Origin: an archaeon
GTDB lineage: Archaea > Nanobdellota > Nanobdellia > Parvarchaeales > Parvarchaeaceae
NCBI GenBank assembly: GCA_037443005.1
Contig: JBBIPE010000001.1
Coordinates: 1,634-65,633, forward strand
Reading direction: 5' to 3'
Length of the DNA stretch: 64,000 bases
Made by a program: the position numbers and the translations under genes
The notes under the pieces: generated by a model
The model's database searches: none
Seen by the model: the letters and a program-made list of their open reading frames with translations, nothing else
What the model was told of the DNA's origin: nothing
Shown here: one piece after another, positions 30,839 through 41,719 of the stretch
How the letters are laid out: each line of letters begins with the position of its first letter
Position numbering within the stretch: the stretch's first letter is position 1

Positions 30839-33124
30839 ATGGAAGATGACAATAGAATTGAAATAAGTCTGAAGGTTGCTGAAGCACAACAGGATGATAT
30901 AGGGCAGAATTCGGTAAGAATAGGCACGGCATGGATGAAACAGATAGGTGTCAGGCCTGGAGAATTCGTTGAAATAGAGGGAAACAGGAAAACCGTTGCA
31001 AAGGTTGATAGAGCCCACCCAGGTGATTTAGGTTTAAATATAATAAGAATGGATGGAACCACAAGAAAGAATGCTAAAGCTGCTATAGGTGAAAACGTAA
31101 TAGTAAGAAAAGCGGAAGTTTACGAGGCAGATTCTGTAAATCTATCACCACTTTCAAGCACGCAGCTTAGAGGCGCAGAGGAATTAATAGGCAGGATGCT
31201 TCTTGAAAGGGCCGTTTCAAAAGGGGATATAATAACACTTGGAAGCGGAGGAAGAACTTCATTTGCCTCTTTTTTCGGTGATGATATAATGAGGAACATA
31301 TTCGACAGTACCTCCTTTCCGTCATTCCAGTTTGGCTTTTCCGAGCTTCGCTTTCTCGTAACTTCAACTGGACCAAAGGGTTTTGTTATAATAACCGAAA
31401 ATACAGACATAAATGTTTCTCCTGAACCTGTAAAGCTTTCAGAGGAAGCGAGAGTAAAGCATGTAAGCTATGAAGATGTTGGAGGGTTATCAGATGAGGT
31501 TTCAAAGATAAGAGAAATGGTTGAGATACCATTAAAGCATCCCGAAATATTCATGCGTTTAGGCGTAACTCCTCCAAGAGGAGTTCTGCTTTACGGCCCA
31601 CCTGGAACTGGTAAGACTCTTCTTGCCAGAGCTGTTGCAGATGAAAGTGATGCGCATTTTATAACCATAAACGGTCCGGAAGTCATGAGCAAGTGGGTTG
31701 GTGATGCGGAAAAGAAACTTAGGGAGATATTTGATGATGCAGAAAAGAATGCTCCTACTATAATATTCATAGATGAAATAGATGCAATAGCAACCAAAAG
31801 AGAAGAAAGCATAGGGGAGGTAGAGCACCGTGTTGTTTCGCAGCTTCTTACATTAATGGATGGTTTGAAGAGTCGCGGAAAGGTAATAGTTATAGCCGCA
31901 ACTAACAGGCCAAATGCTATAGATCCAGCTTTACGTAGACCTGGAAGATTTGACAGGGAAATAATGTTCGGCGTTCCTAATGAGAACGGCAGAAAAGAGA
32001 TATTGAATATACATACAAGAAACATGCCAATGGATAAGGTAGACTTGCCTTACATATCGAAGATAACGCATGGGTTCGTAGGTGCGGATATTGAGTCTCT
32101 AATAAAAGAGGCAGCGATGAACGTTATAAGAAGAAATATAAATGAACTTAATGTAAAGGAGGGAGAAAACATACCTAAGGCAGTTCTTGAGAAACTTACG
32201 GTTACAATGGATGATTTCAGGGAAGCTCTGAGATTTGTCAGACCCAGTGCAATGCGTGAGGTTTTAGTTGAGAGGCCGAGTGTAGGATGGGCTGATGTAG
32301 GTGGATTAGACGAAGTGAAGACACAACTTAAAGAGGCTATAGAATGGCCTTTAAAGTACCCTGATTCATTCAGGAAGATAGGTATAACACCCCCTAAAGG
32401 CATACTTCTTTACGGCCCACCTGGAACTGGTAAGACTCTCCTTGCCAGAGCTGTTGCGCATGAGACGGAATCTAACTTTATTGCGATAAAAGGGCCTGAA
32501 ATATACAACAAGTATGTCGGAGAAAGTGAGAAGAGAGTAAGAGATATATTTGATAAGGCAAGGCAGGTTTCTCCATCGATAATCTTTATAGATGAGCTGG
32601 ACAGCATAGCATCATCAAGGTCTAACTATGAGGGCAATAACTCGACTGAACAGGTCGTGAACCAGTTGCTTACTGAGTTAGATGGTATAGAACCGCTTAA
32701 AAATGTAATAGTGATAGGTGCAACAAACAGGATAGATAAGGTTGACTCTGCAATACTTAGAACTGGCAGATTTGACAATATTGTCTTTGTTCCTCCACCG
32801 GATGAGAGCGGGAGGAAGGAAATCCTGAAAGTCTACATTGATAAAATGCCGATAGAAGGCAATAAAGAGGAGCTGATAGAGTATCTTATAAAGAAAACCG
32901 AAGGATATGTCGGATCCGACATAGAAAGGCTTACAAAAGAAGCGGGCATGAACGCCCTAAGGAGCAACATTTCCTCCACTAAGGTGACAAGGGATGACTT
33001 TGAAAGAGCGCTTGAGCTTGTAAGACCAAGTTTGAGTCCGGAAGACTCAAAGAAGTATGAGGAGATGGCAAAGAAGCTTTACAGTAAAAAGGAAAAGGCG
33101 AAGGAGCTAAACTACTTCGGTTGA
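30839..33124 (+). CDS. cdc48: CDC48/VCP (VAT) AAA+ ATPase
   Basis: N-domain plus two AAA modules (GPPGTGKT twice, RRPGRFDRE), HbYX-like tail NYFG. Confidence 0.97.
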   Translation: MEDDNRIEISLKVAEAQQDDIGQNSVRIGTAWMKQIGVRPGEFVEIEGNRKTVAKVDRAHPGDLGLNIIRMDGTTRKNAKAAIGENVIVRKAEVYEADSVNLSPLSSTQLRGAEELIGRMLLERAVSKGDIITLGSGGRTSFASFFGDDIMRNIFDSTSFPSFQFGFSELRFLVTSTGPKGFVIITENTDINVSPEPVKLSEEARVKHVSYEDVGGLSDEVSKIREMVEIPLKHPEIFMRLGVTPPRGVLLYGPPGTGKTLLARAVADESDAHFITINGPEVMSKWVGDAEKKLREIFDDAEKNAPTIIFIDEIDAIATKREESIGEVEHRVVSQLLTLMDGLKSRGKVIVIAATNRPNAIDPALRRPGRFDREIMFGVPNENGRKEILNIHTRNMPMDKVDLPYISKITHGFVGADIESLIKEAAMNVIRRNINELNVKEGENIPKAVLEKLTVTMDDFREALRFVRPSAMREVLVERPSVGWADVGGLDEVKTQLKEAIEWPLKYPDSFRKIGITPPKGILLYGPPGTGKTLLARAVAHETESNFIAIKGPEIYNKYVGESEKRVRDIFDKARQVSPSIIFIDELDSIASSRSNYEGNNSTEQVVNQLLTELDGIEPLKNVIVIGATNRIDKVDSAILRTGRFDNIVFVPPPDESGRKEILKVYIDKMPIEGNKEELIEYLIKKTEGYVGSDIERLTKEAGMNALRSNISSTKVTRDDFERALELVRPSLSPEDSKKYEEMAKKLYSKKEKAKELNYFG
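31589..32457 (+). repeat. 50-bp direct repeat (31589-31638 and 32408-32457), 49/50 identical, covering the D1 and D2 Walker A regions of cdc48
   Basis: ctttacggcccacctggaactggtaagactct[t/c]cttgccagagctgttgc at both positions. Confidence 0.9.
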
Positions 33125-33125
33125 A

Positions 33126-33788
33126 ATGGATCACGAGGACATATATAAGCTTATACTGAACGATGAGCTGGGCTGGGAGCATCTGATAACTACCATTATA
33201 AGAGATGAAGGAATGGACCCAATGGATATCGATCTAGTAAAGATAGCCGATAGGTTTGCTTCTCTTATATCGAAAATAAATCAAGTTGATTTCCGTTTTG
33301 GAGGCAAGTTTGTCTATACTGCAGCAATCCTTCTGAAAATGAAATCGGATACTATAATAGAGCAGATGCTGGAGTTGAACAGGAAAAAGGAGCATGAAAG
33401 CCAGCAAAAATACATAAAAGCAGTTCCTTTCAATATTGCAGTGACATCAAAGCTTTTCCTTTCAAGGAGCAGAAGGATAACTCTTACTGAGCTTATAAAC
33501 ACTATAAGAGAGTCGATGCGCTACAGCAGTAAACAGAAGATAAACTTTGAGCTTAAGTTAAAGGAGATAAAGATAGAGGACAGGATAAGGTTTTTACTGG
33601 AAAAGCTCTCCAAGCTTTTCGGGGTAAAGCAGACAGTTCTTTTCTCCGAGTTAATAACAAAGAAAAATGACAGGAAAGAGATAATTTATACTCTTCTGCC
33701 GCTGCTTTTTATATCAAACATGAATAAAGTGGAGATCTCACAGGACGAGCCTTTCAAGGAGATTTACATAATGAGTAAGGTTAAATAA
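33126..33788 (+). CDS. scpA: Segregation and condensation protein A (kleisin)
   Basis: MDPMDIDL, AAILLKMKS, RRITLTELI, LLPLLFI...QDEPFKEI. Confidence 0.9.
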   Translation: MDHEDIYKLILNDELGWEHLITTIIRDEGMDPMDIDLVKIADRFASLISKINQVDFRFGGKFVYTAAILLKMKSDTIIEQMLELNRKKEHESQQKYIKAVPFNIAVTSKLFLSRSRRITLTELINTIRESMRYSSKQKINFELKLKEIKIEDRIRFLLEKLSKLFGVKQTVLFSELITKKNDRKEIIYTLLPLLFISNMNKVEISQDEPFKEIYIMSKVK

Positions 33789-33820
33789 GTTAATATTATC
33801 TGGCATGCTTTAATCTTATT

Positions 33821-34354
33821 ATGGCAAAGATAGCGGAATATGTAGAAGCTTTAATCTTTTCATTCGGTGATGGTATCACGCTGGAAGAGCTTTCAAAACG
33901 CACAAAATCGGATCCTCTTATAATAAAAAAAGCGATAGACTCACTTAATAGAGAATACAGTGAGAGAAAAAGCGCTTTTTACATACTAACAGAAGGAAAT
34001 ATCTATCGTATGAGGCTCAGAAGCGATCTTCTTTTCCTAGTTAATGACACGCTAAAAACCGATATGAGCAGAGGGGTGCTTATGACTTTAAGCTTAATAG
34101 CTATGAGCGGAAAGATGTTTCAGTCCGATATAGTAAAAAGACGCGGAAGTGTGTCATACCAGCACATAAAGGAGTTACAATCCAAGGGGCTGGTTTCAAC
34201 TGTGATTGAAAACGGGAAAAAAGTAGTCAGGGTAACTCCATTGTTCTATGATTACTTTGATGTTGATAAGAAGGAATTCAAGGAGATAAAGGACACTATA
34301 AAGGAAGAGATAAATAAGGAAAATGACAGTACCGTTGAATATCGCGGAAACTAA
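33821..34354 (+). CDS. scpB: Segregation and condensation protein B
   Basis: VEALIF, TLSLIA, RG..SY.HIKEL, VTPLFYDYF. Confidence 0.9.
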   Translation: MAKIAEYVEALIFSFGDGITLEELSKRTKSDPLIIKKAIDSLNREYSERKSAFYILTEGNIYRMRLRSDLLFLVNDTLKTDMSRGVLMTLSLIAMSGKMFQSDIVKRRGSVSYQHIKELQSKGLVSTVIENGKKVVRVTPLFYDYFDVDKKEFKEIKDTIKEEINKENDSTVEYRGN

Positions 34355-34899
34355 AAAACCACTACCTTCTTTTTTATATCTATCTGTGGCGATGTTTCTT
34401 CAGTTTTTTTTGGTTCTTCAGTTTTTTTAATCTCCTGTACGGGCTCAGGGGTATGTTTTTCCATTTCGGATCCTTTTACTTTTTCTATTGCTGATTTTAT
34501 TGAGTTTCCTATAGCTATAAAATCGTTTTCCTCCATTTTTTGCGGCTGCCAAATGTGGTTTATAGTATCGTCCCCATATCTTGGTATCAAGTGTATTATC
34601 GCGTGTGGTGTTACATTCCCTTTAGTCAATTCCTTTGTATAAATCATCTCTACGTTGTTTGGTGCGAGGGCCAGCATTATCGCATAACCCACAGCTCTGG
34701 ATACGCTGACATACTGAAGGAATTCATCCTGCGGTATCTCATAGATATTGCTGTAGTGTTTTTTTGGTATCATTATTACATGCCCTTTCGACGCAGGGTT
34801 TATATCCAGCACTCCTATCATTGACTGGTCATTATAAACCTCCTTTGACGGGATTTTACCACTTACTATCATGCAGAAAACGCATTTTTCATCTTCCAT
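34351..34899 (-). CDS. HIT-family protein with C-terminal extension
   Basis: CVFC, PASKGH, PHAIIHLIPR (degenerate triad). Confidence 0.85.
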   Translation of the reverse strand: MEDEKCVFCMIVSGKIPSKEVYNDQSMIGVLDINPASKGHVIMIPKKHYSNIYEIPQDEFLQYVSVSRAVGYAIMLALAPNNVEMIYTKELTKGNVTPHAIIHLIPRYGDDTINHIWQPQKMEENDFIAIGNSIKSAIEKVKGSEMEKHTPEPVQEIKKTEEPKKTEETSPQIDIKKKVVVF

Positions 34900-34993
34900 A
34901 TTGATTATATCTGTTTAAAGTATTTATTGTTAAGTAATATCTCTCTATTTTGTATGTAAAAAGGTTTTTAAACATGGGTGTTATAAGTTATTT

Positions 34994-35254
34994 ATGAAAG
35001 CAAAAGTTGATACAAAGTTTGCCGTCGAGGAGAAGAGGATGGTGGATGCGGCACTCGGACTTATACTATTCACTTTTGGTGTAGTCCTTATAGTGATGGG
35101 CTTGTTATCCGTCGTTTCAACGGCAGTTCTGAGTGGTTATTTCTATAAAACCATTACAACTGCTCCCTCGCAATACATATACCCTTTGTTTGAGGTTATA
35201 TTAGGTATAATAGTGCTATCATTTGGAATGTGGGCACTAAGAGCAAGGGTATAA
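34994..35254 (+). CDS. Small two-TM membrane protein
   Basis: Two hydrophobic helices. Confidence 0.7.
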   Translation: MKAKVDTKFAVEEKRMVDAALGLILFTFGVVLIVMGLLSVVSTAVLSGYFYKTITTAPSQYIYPLFEVILGIIVLSFGMWALRARV

Positions 35255-35353
35255 AGGATAATTATAATTTTTTTATTTTTTTTACTTTTATTTCTGGTGA
35301 AAAAGAAAGATTTATATACTTGTTTATGGCTTATTAATTGGTAGGTGATTAAA

Positions 35354-36151
35354 ATGGTATTATCATTCAGTGAAGATTATATAGCGAAGATAAGGAGGAC
35401 TTTTGGCCTTAATCTTTATGAAGCTAAAGTGTGGCTTGCGCTTCTTTCGCAGGGAAAATCAACATCCGGTAAGCTTAGTGAGATAGCAAATATCCCAAAG
35501 TCAAGGGCCTATGACATTCTTGTTTCACTTGAAAATGGCGGTTTTATATTGAGAGACTTAAGCAAGCCTATAAGCTACACTGCTATCCCTCCAGAGGAGT
35601 TAATAGAAAAATTAGAGGAAAAAGCCCAGGAGTCCTTAACTCAGAAGCTAGATAAGCTAAGTAAACTTAAAGGAAGCACGGTTTTAGCAGATCTTCAAAA
35701 TCTTTACAATAAAGGAATAAAGTATGTTGATGAAGGGAAAGTCGCGAATGCTTATCAAGGGCTGGACAATATATACTTCAGAATAAAGAAAAGTATAGGA
35801 TCGGCAAAGAGTGAAATAGTTGTCGTTACAACCGAAAAATCTCTTGAGAAGAAGGTTTATGCGCTAAGTAGGGCCCTAAAAAAGGCCAAGGCTAATAATG
35901 TTACAGTGCATTTATACGCTCCAGTAAAGGATGTAAATGAGACTATAGCAAATGAGATAAAGCAGTTTGGAAAGCTTAACAAGACAAATCTGGACATAGG
36001 CAGATTTGTTATAGTTGACGGCAATGAGATATTTATATTCACAGAGAACGAGGAAGAAACACATCCAAGCAATGAAGTGGTTTTGCACATACGCGGTAAA
36101 TACCTGCCAGAAAAGATAAAAAAGCTTGTGTCATCGCATGTTGTTCCATGA
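35354..36151 (+). CDS. TrmB-family transcriptional regulator
   Basis: FGLNLYEAKVWLALL, IPKSRAYDIL, RFVIVDG; AGGTGA SD-like sequence upstream. Confidence 0.92.
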   Translation: MVLSFSEDYIAKIRRTFGLNLYEAKVWLALLSQGKSTSGKLSEIANIPKSRAYDILVSLENGGFILRDLSKPISYTAIPPEELIEKLEEKAQESLTQKLDKLSKLKGSTVLADLQNLYNKGIKYVDEGKVANAYQGLDNIYFRIKKSIGSAKSEIVVVTTEKSLEKKVYALSRALKKAKANNVTVHLYAPVKDVNETIANEIKQFGKLNKTNLDIGRFVIVDGNEIFIFTENEEETHPSNEVVLHIRGKYLPEKIKKLVSSHVVP

Positions 36152-36174
36152 ATGACAGAGTAGTTAGCGTTTAA

Positions 36175-36523
36175 CAATGTGAGCGGGAAATCCCACATCC
36201 TTTAGGTGGGATGAAAGCGAATCCAAGAAAAGAATATAACAACGAAATGACAAAATAAAATTATGGAAGTAAGAAGAGCCTACAAATTCAGAATCTATCC
36301 GCTATCTGAAAGAGTATACTACTGCAATAGATGCGGATTGCAGATAGATAGAGACACAAACGCAGCAATAAACATACTCAAAAGAGCTATCTTTGGACAA
36401 AGTAGAAGTAACGCTCAGGGAGATTCAGTAAGACCTCAAAAAGAGGCAGGAATCAAAGAACCGAGAACATATCCTGCAATAGCATGGGAAGCCCACACGC
36501 TTTGGCGGTTTGGAGGACGTCAC
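36175..36523 (+). mobile_element. Miniature IS200/IS605 (IS1341-type) element copy 1, with internally deleted tnpB ORF 36263-36529
   Basis: Follows TTAA; left hairpin ATCCCAC-n9-GTGGGAT; MEVRRAYKFRIYP fused to LSERVYYCNRCG..DRDTNAAINILKRA; right end GGAGGACGTCAC. Confidence 0.9.
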
Positions 36524-36549
36524 TATTAATAATATTTTTAGTAGTTATT

Positions 36550-39500
36550 ATGACCTACATAAAGCAGATAGAGCTTGAGAATTTCAAATCCTTTGCAGGC
36601 CATGCAAAATTCTCATTTGTAAACGGTTTTAATGCGATAGCCGGCGCAAACGGTTCAGGCAAAAGCAACATAATAGATGCGCTACTTTTTGTGTTTGGCG
36701 GCTCGTCGAAAAAAGAGATGAGAAGCGATCTTCTTACTGATCTTATATTCAATGGTGGTAAAAAAAATAGGCCTGCAGATTTTGCCAAGGTAAATGTCAT
36801 ACTAGATAATTTGAAAAAGGAGTTCAAGAGCGCAAACGGCGATGAAATATCGATAAGTAGAAAAGTTGACAAAAGCGGAAAAAGCATGTATAGAATAGAC
36901 GGAAAAGCATCAACAAGAGAGGAAGTATTAAACGTCCTTGCAATGGTGAAATTCCGGCAGGATGGCTTCAATATAATCCCACAGGGAAGAATACTGGAGA
37001 TTATAGGGTCAACTGGGGATGAAAGACTTAATCTCATAAATGATATCTCTGGCATAAGCATATTTGAAGACAAGAAAAGCAAGGCAATGAATGAAATGAA
37101 GAAAGTTGAAGACAATATATCCAAGATAGAGACTGTTCTGAACGAGAAGAAAAAATTAATGGACCAGCTAGATAAAGAAAAAACTAGAGCGATTGAATTC
37201 CAGGAACTTAAATTAAAGCAGGCCTCAAATCTTTCAAAGCAGACATTCTTTAAGAGGGATTTGGCATACAAGGACTTAAGTTCTATACAGGAAAAGTTGA
37301 AGGATATAGAGAAAAACAATCAGGAATTATCTTCGGAAATAGATAGTATAAATTTAAGGTACAAGCGGATAAACGAAGAATTAGATAACATAAACACAAA
37401 GGCAGAAGCGGAGGGCGAGAAGGATATATCCGAGGCAGAGAAAAGGACAAAGGAGTTTGATTCAGAGCTTGCCAGGCTGAATGCAGTTCTTAAAAACGAC
37501 AATGAGCAGTTAAAAAGTATACTCTCTTCCATAGAGGATCTTTCAAAATCACAGGAAGACATCCGCCAACAGGTTAAGAAAGAAGAGGAGGAAAAAAAGA
37601 AGTTTGAAGAGAAGATGGAGCAGATAAACTCCAGAAAATTCATTCTCATAGAAGCGGATTCAAAGGCTCAGAATTACCTTAAAAGCAGGGAAACTCTCGA
37701 GAAGAGGCTATATGAAAATGAGAAAAAAATATATGATCTAAAGATAATACTTACAAATTATCCAAAAGTTGCGGATCTTGAGGATCAAATAACCAAGTTA
37801 AGGGAAACTAAATCCGAAACCGAAAAGAAGCTAAAGGACATCACATTGTCCTTTTCTGCACTTAAGCCTGAGATAGATAAGCTAAAAATACAGTCTAAAC
37901 GCGAGGGAGACTCAATTTATCTTTTCAGGGAGCAGTTGCTTAACCAGAGAAATATTCTTTCATCTCAGAGTAAGGTGATAGATGTTGTCAACAAGCTAAA
38001 AAAGGAGATAAAAGGGGTTCATGGTTCAGTATCGGAGCTTTTTTCATTAAAGGATGAAAAATTCAATGTACCAGTTATAAGAGCTATAGGCAGGAGGAGC
38101 GATTTTATAATTGTTGATGACGAAAACGTAGCAAGGCAGTGCATAGAAAAGCTTAGGGAGGAAAAGCTTGGCTTTTATACATTTATCCCGATGACAACTG
38201 TAAAAACAGTATACAATCTGGAGAAGATAAATCAAGAAGGTGTAATTGACTATATAATAAATCTTGTCACTTTCAGTGATTCTTATTCAAATGCAATGAG
38301 ATTCGTATTTGGTGATACCATACTTGTTGATAACTTTGAATCTGCAAGAAAATTTATAAACAGATACCGGATGATCCTTTCCGATGGAACAGTATTTGAA
38401 AAAACCGGAACAGTTTCCGGTGGACATTTTGAAATACCTAATATCCTGAATATAAACCGCAGAATATCTGATATAAACAAGGAGATAGAGGAACATTCAA
38501 AAATAAAGGAAAAATTAGATGAAGAGATAATAGAGAAGGAAGCCACGCTGAATTCAAGCATGTCCGAAATAAAATTACTGCAGAATGCAATAAACGAGGC
38601 AAATGTAAATCTTGATAAGGTAATAAAGGAAAGATCCAAATTCACCGGAACTGAATCAGAGGTTTCAGAGAAAATAAGGAATCTTGAGAATGAGGTACTT
38701 GAAATAAAACCAAAACTTTCTGATCTTGAACAGGGTAAACCTGAAATTTCTGATCATAAAAAAGAGATAGAATCTCTGGATAGGGAAGTAAACGATTTAC
38801 AAGTAAAAATAGCGACTTCTGGCGGCAGGCTTTCAACTATTTTTATGTCAGAGCTGTCAAATCTTGAGAAAAGGTTCACTCAGTTAACAAAGGAGAAGGA
38901 CAGGTTTGAAAAAGATATAGAAGATGTTGAAGATGCAATAAATGATACCAGAGAAAATTATGAAAAGGCGAGAAAGGAGCTGTCAAGCAAATCCGATAAT
39001 CTTACAATGTTAAGGAAGAGGAGAAATGAGCTTATAAATTCTCTTTCAGCATTACAGAAGGAAAAGGATGAGTTGCTTTCAAAGTCACAGAAAGTGGGCA
39101 ATGAGCTGAATTCGCTAAAAGTAAAGGAAGCAGAGCTGAAGGTAAAGTTTGACACTGCTGATGATGAGTTCAAAAAATACAGAGTAAATGGCGCGGAACC
39201 TGCAGAGGGAGAGACACTGGAAAAAGTTACAAAGGACCTTAACATAATAATAGCCAAAATAAATTCATTCGGGCCTATTAATGAGCTTGCCCTTAATACT
39301 TTTGTTGAAACACAAAAACAGTACGAGGATTTCTCTGGCAAGCTTTCCAGCCTTAACGAGGAAAAGGAAAGGATAATTGCCGTTATAACGGACATAGAAA
39401 ACAAGAAACTAGAGTCATTCAATAAAACGCTTTCGGATATAAATTCAATATTTACAAAGGTCTTTAATTCAATAACTGGTGGGAGTGCGGAATTTGTACC

Positions 39501-39870
39501 GGAGAATCCACAGGATCTGTTTTCTGCAGGGCTGGATATAGCAGTTGATCTGCCAAACAAGAAAGTAAAGAATGTCCGCGGGCTAAGCGGCGGAGAGCTA
39601 TCAGTTCTTGCAATTTCACTTATAATGGCACTTTCAAAGTACACTGATGCCATATTCTACGTTCTTGATGAAGTAGATGCAGCATTGGACTCCATAAATG
39701 CTGGCAATTTTTCTGCATTGGTCAAAGCCTACTCTGCAACTTCCCAGTTTATAATAATATCACATAATGAGACTACACTGATAAATGCTGATGTTATATA
39801 TGGTGTTACTATGAATAATGAGGGTCTAAGCAGGGTAGTTAGTGTAAAAATGCCGGAGCAGGCCAAATAA
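36550..39870 (+). CDS. smc: Chromosome segregation protein SMC
   Basis: ENFKSF, GANGSGKSN, hinge G..G...GG, LSGGE, YVLDEVDAALD; start at MTYIK. Confidence 0.97.
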   Translation: MTYIKQIELENFKSFAGHAKFSFVNGFNAIAGANGSGKSNIIDALLFVFGGSSKKEMRSDLLTDLIFNGGKKNRPADFAKVNVILDNLKKEFKSANGDEISISRKVDKSGKSMYRIDGKASTREEVLNVLAMVKFRQDGFNIIPQGRILEIIGSTGDERLNLINDISGISIFEDKKSKAMNEMKKVEDNISKIETVLNEKKKLMDQLDKEKTRAIEFQELKLKQASNLSKQTFFKRDLAYKDLSSIQEKLKDIEKNNQELSSEIDSINLRYKRINEELDNINTKAEAEGEKDISEAEKRTKEFDSELARLNAVLKNDNEQLKSILSSIEDLSKSQEDIRQQVKKEEEEKKKFEEKMEQINSRKFILIEADSKAQNYLKSRETLEKRLYENEKKIYDLKIILTNYPKVADLEDQITKLRETKSETEKKLKDITLSFSALKPEIDKLKIQSKREGDSIYLFREQLLNQRNILSSQSKVIDVVNKLKKEIKGVHGSVSELFSLKDEKFNVPVIRAIGRRSDFIIVDDENVARQCIEKLREEKLGFYTFIPMTTVKTVYNLEKINQEGVIDYIINLVTFSDSYSNAMRFVFGDTILVDNFESARKFINRYRMILSDGTVFEKTGTVSGGHFEIPNILNINRRISDINKEIEEHSKIKEKLDEEIIEKEATLNSSMSEIKLLQNAINEANVNLDKVIKERSKFTGTESEVSEKIRNLENEVLEIKPKLSDLEQGKPEISDHKKEIESLDREVNDLQVKIATSGGRLSTIFMSELSNLEKRFTQLTKEKDRFEKDIEDVEDAINDTRENYEKARKELSSKSDNLTMLRKRRNELINSLSALQKEKDELLSKSQKVGNELNSLKVKEAELKVKFDTADDEFKKYRVNGAEPAEGETLEKVTKDLNIIIAKINSFGPINELALNTFVETQKQYEDFSGKLSSLNEEKERIIAVITDIENKKLESFNKTLSDINSIFTKVFNSITGGSAEFVPENPQDLFSAGLDIAVDLPNKKVKNVRGLSGGELSVLAISLIMALSKYTDAIFYVLDEVDAALDSINAGNFSALVKAYSATSQFIIISHNETTLINADVIYGVTMNNEGLSRVVSVKMPEQAK

Positions 39871-40659
39871 CTATTTGAAGTAATCTATAACCTTTTTAAT
39901 TTCTTCTAAATTCATGCCTTTGACCTGTACATTCTCCATATTTTTAATCTCATCCCCAATTTCAGAAAAAGACTCTTTGCCCTGCCTTTTTGTCTTTTTT
40001 TCTACGGCAATTAGCGCGTTTATTATCGCATTTTTAAGTGTCATCTCTCTTCTTCTGAAAATCTCCTGCAGTATATCATTATCCTTCTTCTTGAGTCTTA
40101 CCATAAGGCTTGTTACTCTCGGTTCCGGATAAAAGACTTCCTTTGGCACCGGCATTATATCTGAAAATTCGATAAATATTTTCTGAACTGAGGAAAATGC
40201 AGTTTTATTATCTTTCTCACAAAGCTGTTCCGCGATTGTTTTTGGTAATATCATCACGCCGGATTTAAAGCTGTAACTAGCCAGTTTTTCTATTATTCTA
40301 TCTGCTATGTTATACGGTGGATTTGATATAATTTTTGTGAACTTTGGGTATATGATATCAAGTGCATCAGCGTTTATTATCTGCACGTTTGGGTCTATTT
40401 CATATTTGTCTACAAGGTATGAATAACATTTTATTTCTTTTTCTATAGCTATAACCTTGCATATATTTCTGGCTTCTATCTCGATACTGCCGAATCCCGC
40501 GCCTATATCAAGGACCACATCACTATTTTCAAGCTCAGCTTCTGCTATTTCTCTTTTTAATATTTCCTCATCAACAAGGAAATTCTGTCCATTTTCATTG
40601 TCACTTTTTATGTTAAAGTCTTTTACAAGTTTTTTAATTGTGTCATTTAAAAGATTCAT
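39871..40659 (-). CDS. ksgA: 16S rRNA m6,2A dimethyltransferase
   Basis: GQNFLVD, LDIGAGFG, SNPPYNI, FYPEPRVTS. Confidence 0.92.
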   Translation of the reverse strand: MNLLNDTIKKLVKDFNIKSDNENGQNFLVDEEILKREIAEAELENSDVVLDIGAGFGSIEIEARNICKVIAIEKEIKCYSYLVDKYEIDPNVQIINADALDIIYPKFTKIISNPPYNIADRIIEKLASYSFKSGVMILPKTIAEQLCEKDNKTAFSSVQKIFIEFSDIMPVPKEVFYPEPRVTSLMVRLKKKDNDILQEIFRRREMTLKNAIINALIAVEKKTKRQGKESFSEIGDEIKNMENVQVKGMNLEEIKKVIDYFK

Positions 40660-40660
40660 A

Positions 40661-40939
40661 TTATTTTCCCCTTCCGCGAGGGGGTTTAAGTCTTTCTATG
40701 TAATATTCTTGGTTGCAGTACTTGCAGCTGAAAACGTATGCCTCTTTTGATTTTCCGTTTAGTTTCCTTTTTTCAGTGGTTAGTTTACTAGAAAATTCAT
40801 TGTGCTTTCCGCATTTTGGACAATCAAACATGAAGTGAAACTCTTCTTCTCCTTGCTCTCTGTATATAATTACCTTTTCCAGTTTTCCTTCATAATCTAT
40901 AAATGATTTTTTTATAAAATTCACTTTGTTTATATCCAT
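40661..40939 (-). CDS. Small zinc-ribbon protein
   Basis: CPKC and CKYC pairs. Confidence 0.8.
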   Translation of the reverse strand: MDINKVNFIKKSFIDYEGKLEKVIIYREQGEEEFHFMFDCPKCGKHNEFSSKLTTEKRKLNGKSKEAYVFSCKYCNQEYYIERLKPPRGRGK

Positions 40940-40969
40940 ATAAAAAATAGCTTTTTCTGTTTTATATAT

Positions 40970-41620
40970 CTATTTAACTTTAATCTTGTTTAATTCATTG
41001 CTTTCTTTTATCCATATTGCCCAGCAAAACTGTGTGCGGCTTATATTCATTTTATCTGCGATATACTTTCCATATTCAATACATTCCTCAGAATTTTTTA
41101 CATAACGAAAGTTTTTGATAATCCATTTCTTTATTACCTTATCCGGCATTATCACATCCATGCCGCTTTGCATTCTTAAGTACTGGAAAGTGCTTATTCC
41201 AATCCCTTTTATGCTGCCAATCGGATCCTTTTGTATTTTTGAGGGATCGGCATTTTTCGCCCATTCTCTTAATTTATTAAATTCCTGTTTTTCGGTCATA
41301 GAAGACAGAAAACTGCAGATTCTGGACATTGCATTCCATACTCTTCTATTTCTAAAAAGGTAAATAAGCTCGCTTCTCTTTATTTTACTAAAATCTCTGC
41401 ATCTTTCCGCAATGCCGGTTTCAACGTATTTTTCTTCAAATTTTATTACCTTCGGCATAACTACTGTGAAATAGTTTAACCCAGAACTGTCAAGGCAGCT
41501 GTCAAGTACTATTAGAATTGGCTTTCCATTCCATCTTTTCCCCTTTGCGCATAAGCTTGAAAATTCCCCTGCTTCTGCCAATATCTCCTTTCCGAAAAGC
41601 TTTAATGCGTTATATTTCAT
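40970..41620 (-). CDS. Helix-hairpin-helix (HhH-GPD-like) protein
   Basis: IGSIKGIGISTFQYLRMQSGMDVIMPD. Confidence 0.6.
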   Translation of the reverse strand: MKYNALKLFGKEILAEAGEFSSLCAKGKRWNGKPILIVLDSCLDSSGLNYFTVVMPKVIKFEEKYVETGIAERCRDFSKIKRSELIYLFRNRRVWNAMSRICSFLSSMTEKQEFNKLREWAKNADPSKIQKDPIGSIKGIGISTFQYLRMQSGMDVIMPDKVIKKWIIKNFRYVKNSEECIEYGKYIADKMNISRTQFCWAIWIKESNELNKIKVK

Positions 41621-41719
41621 ATTTATGAATAGGCTTTAGATATTAATTATATCTTGTTATAAGCGCTATAAAAATATATTTAAAGCTGAAAAACATAAGT
41701 AGTGTATAATTTTGATAGT

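Noticed and set aside
36484..36549. N-terminal extensions given by the ORF track for smc (also nuoJ from 45444, HAD from 53854, trm5 from 3989, rfcS from 1017)
   Set aside because: They run through element ends, a tRNA or neighbouring genes; the conserved protein starts lie downstream
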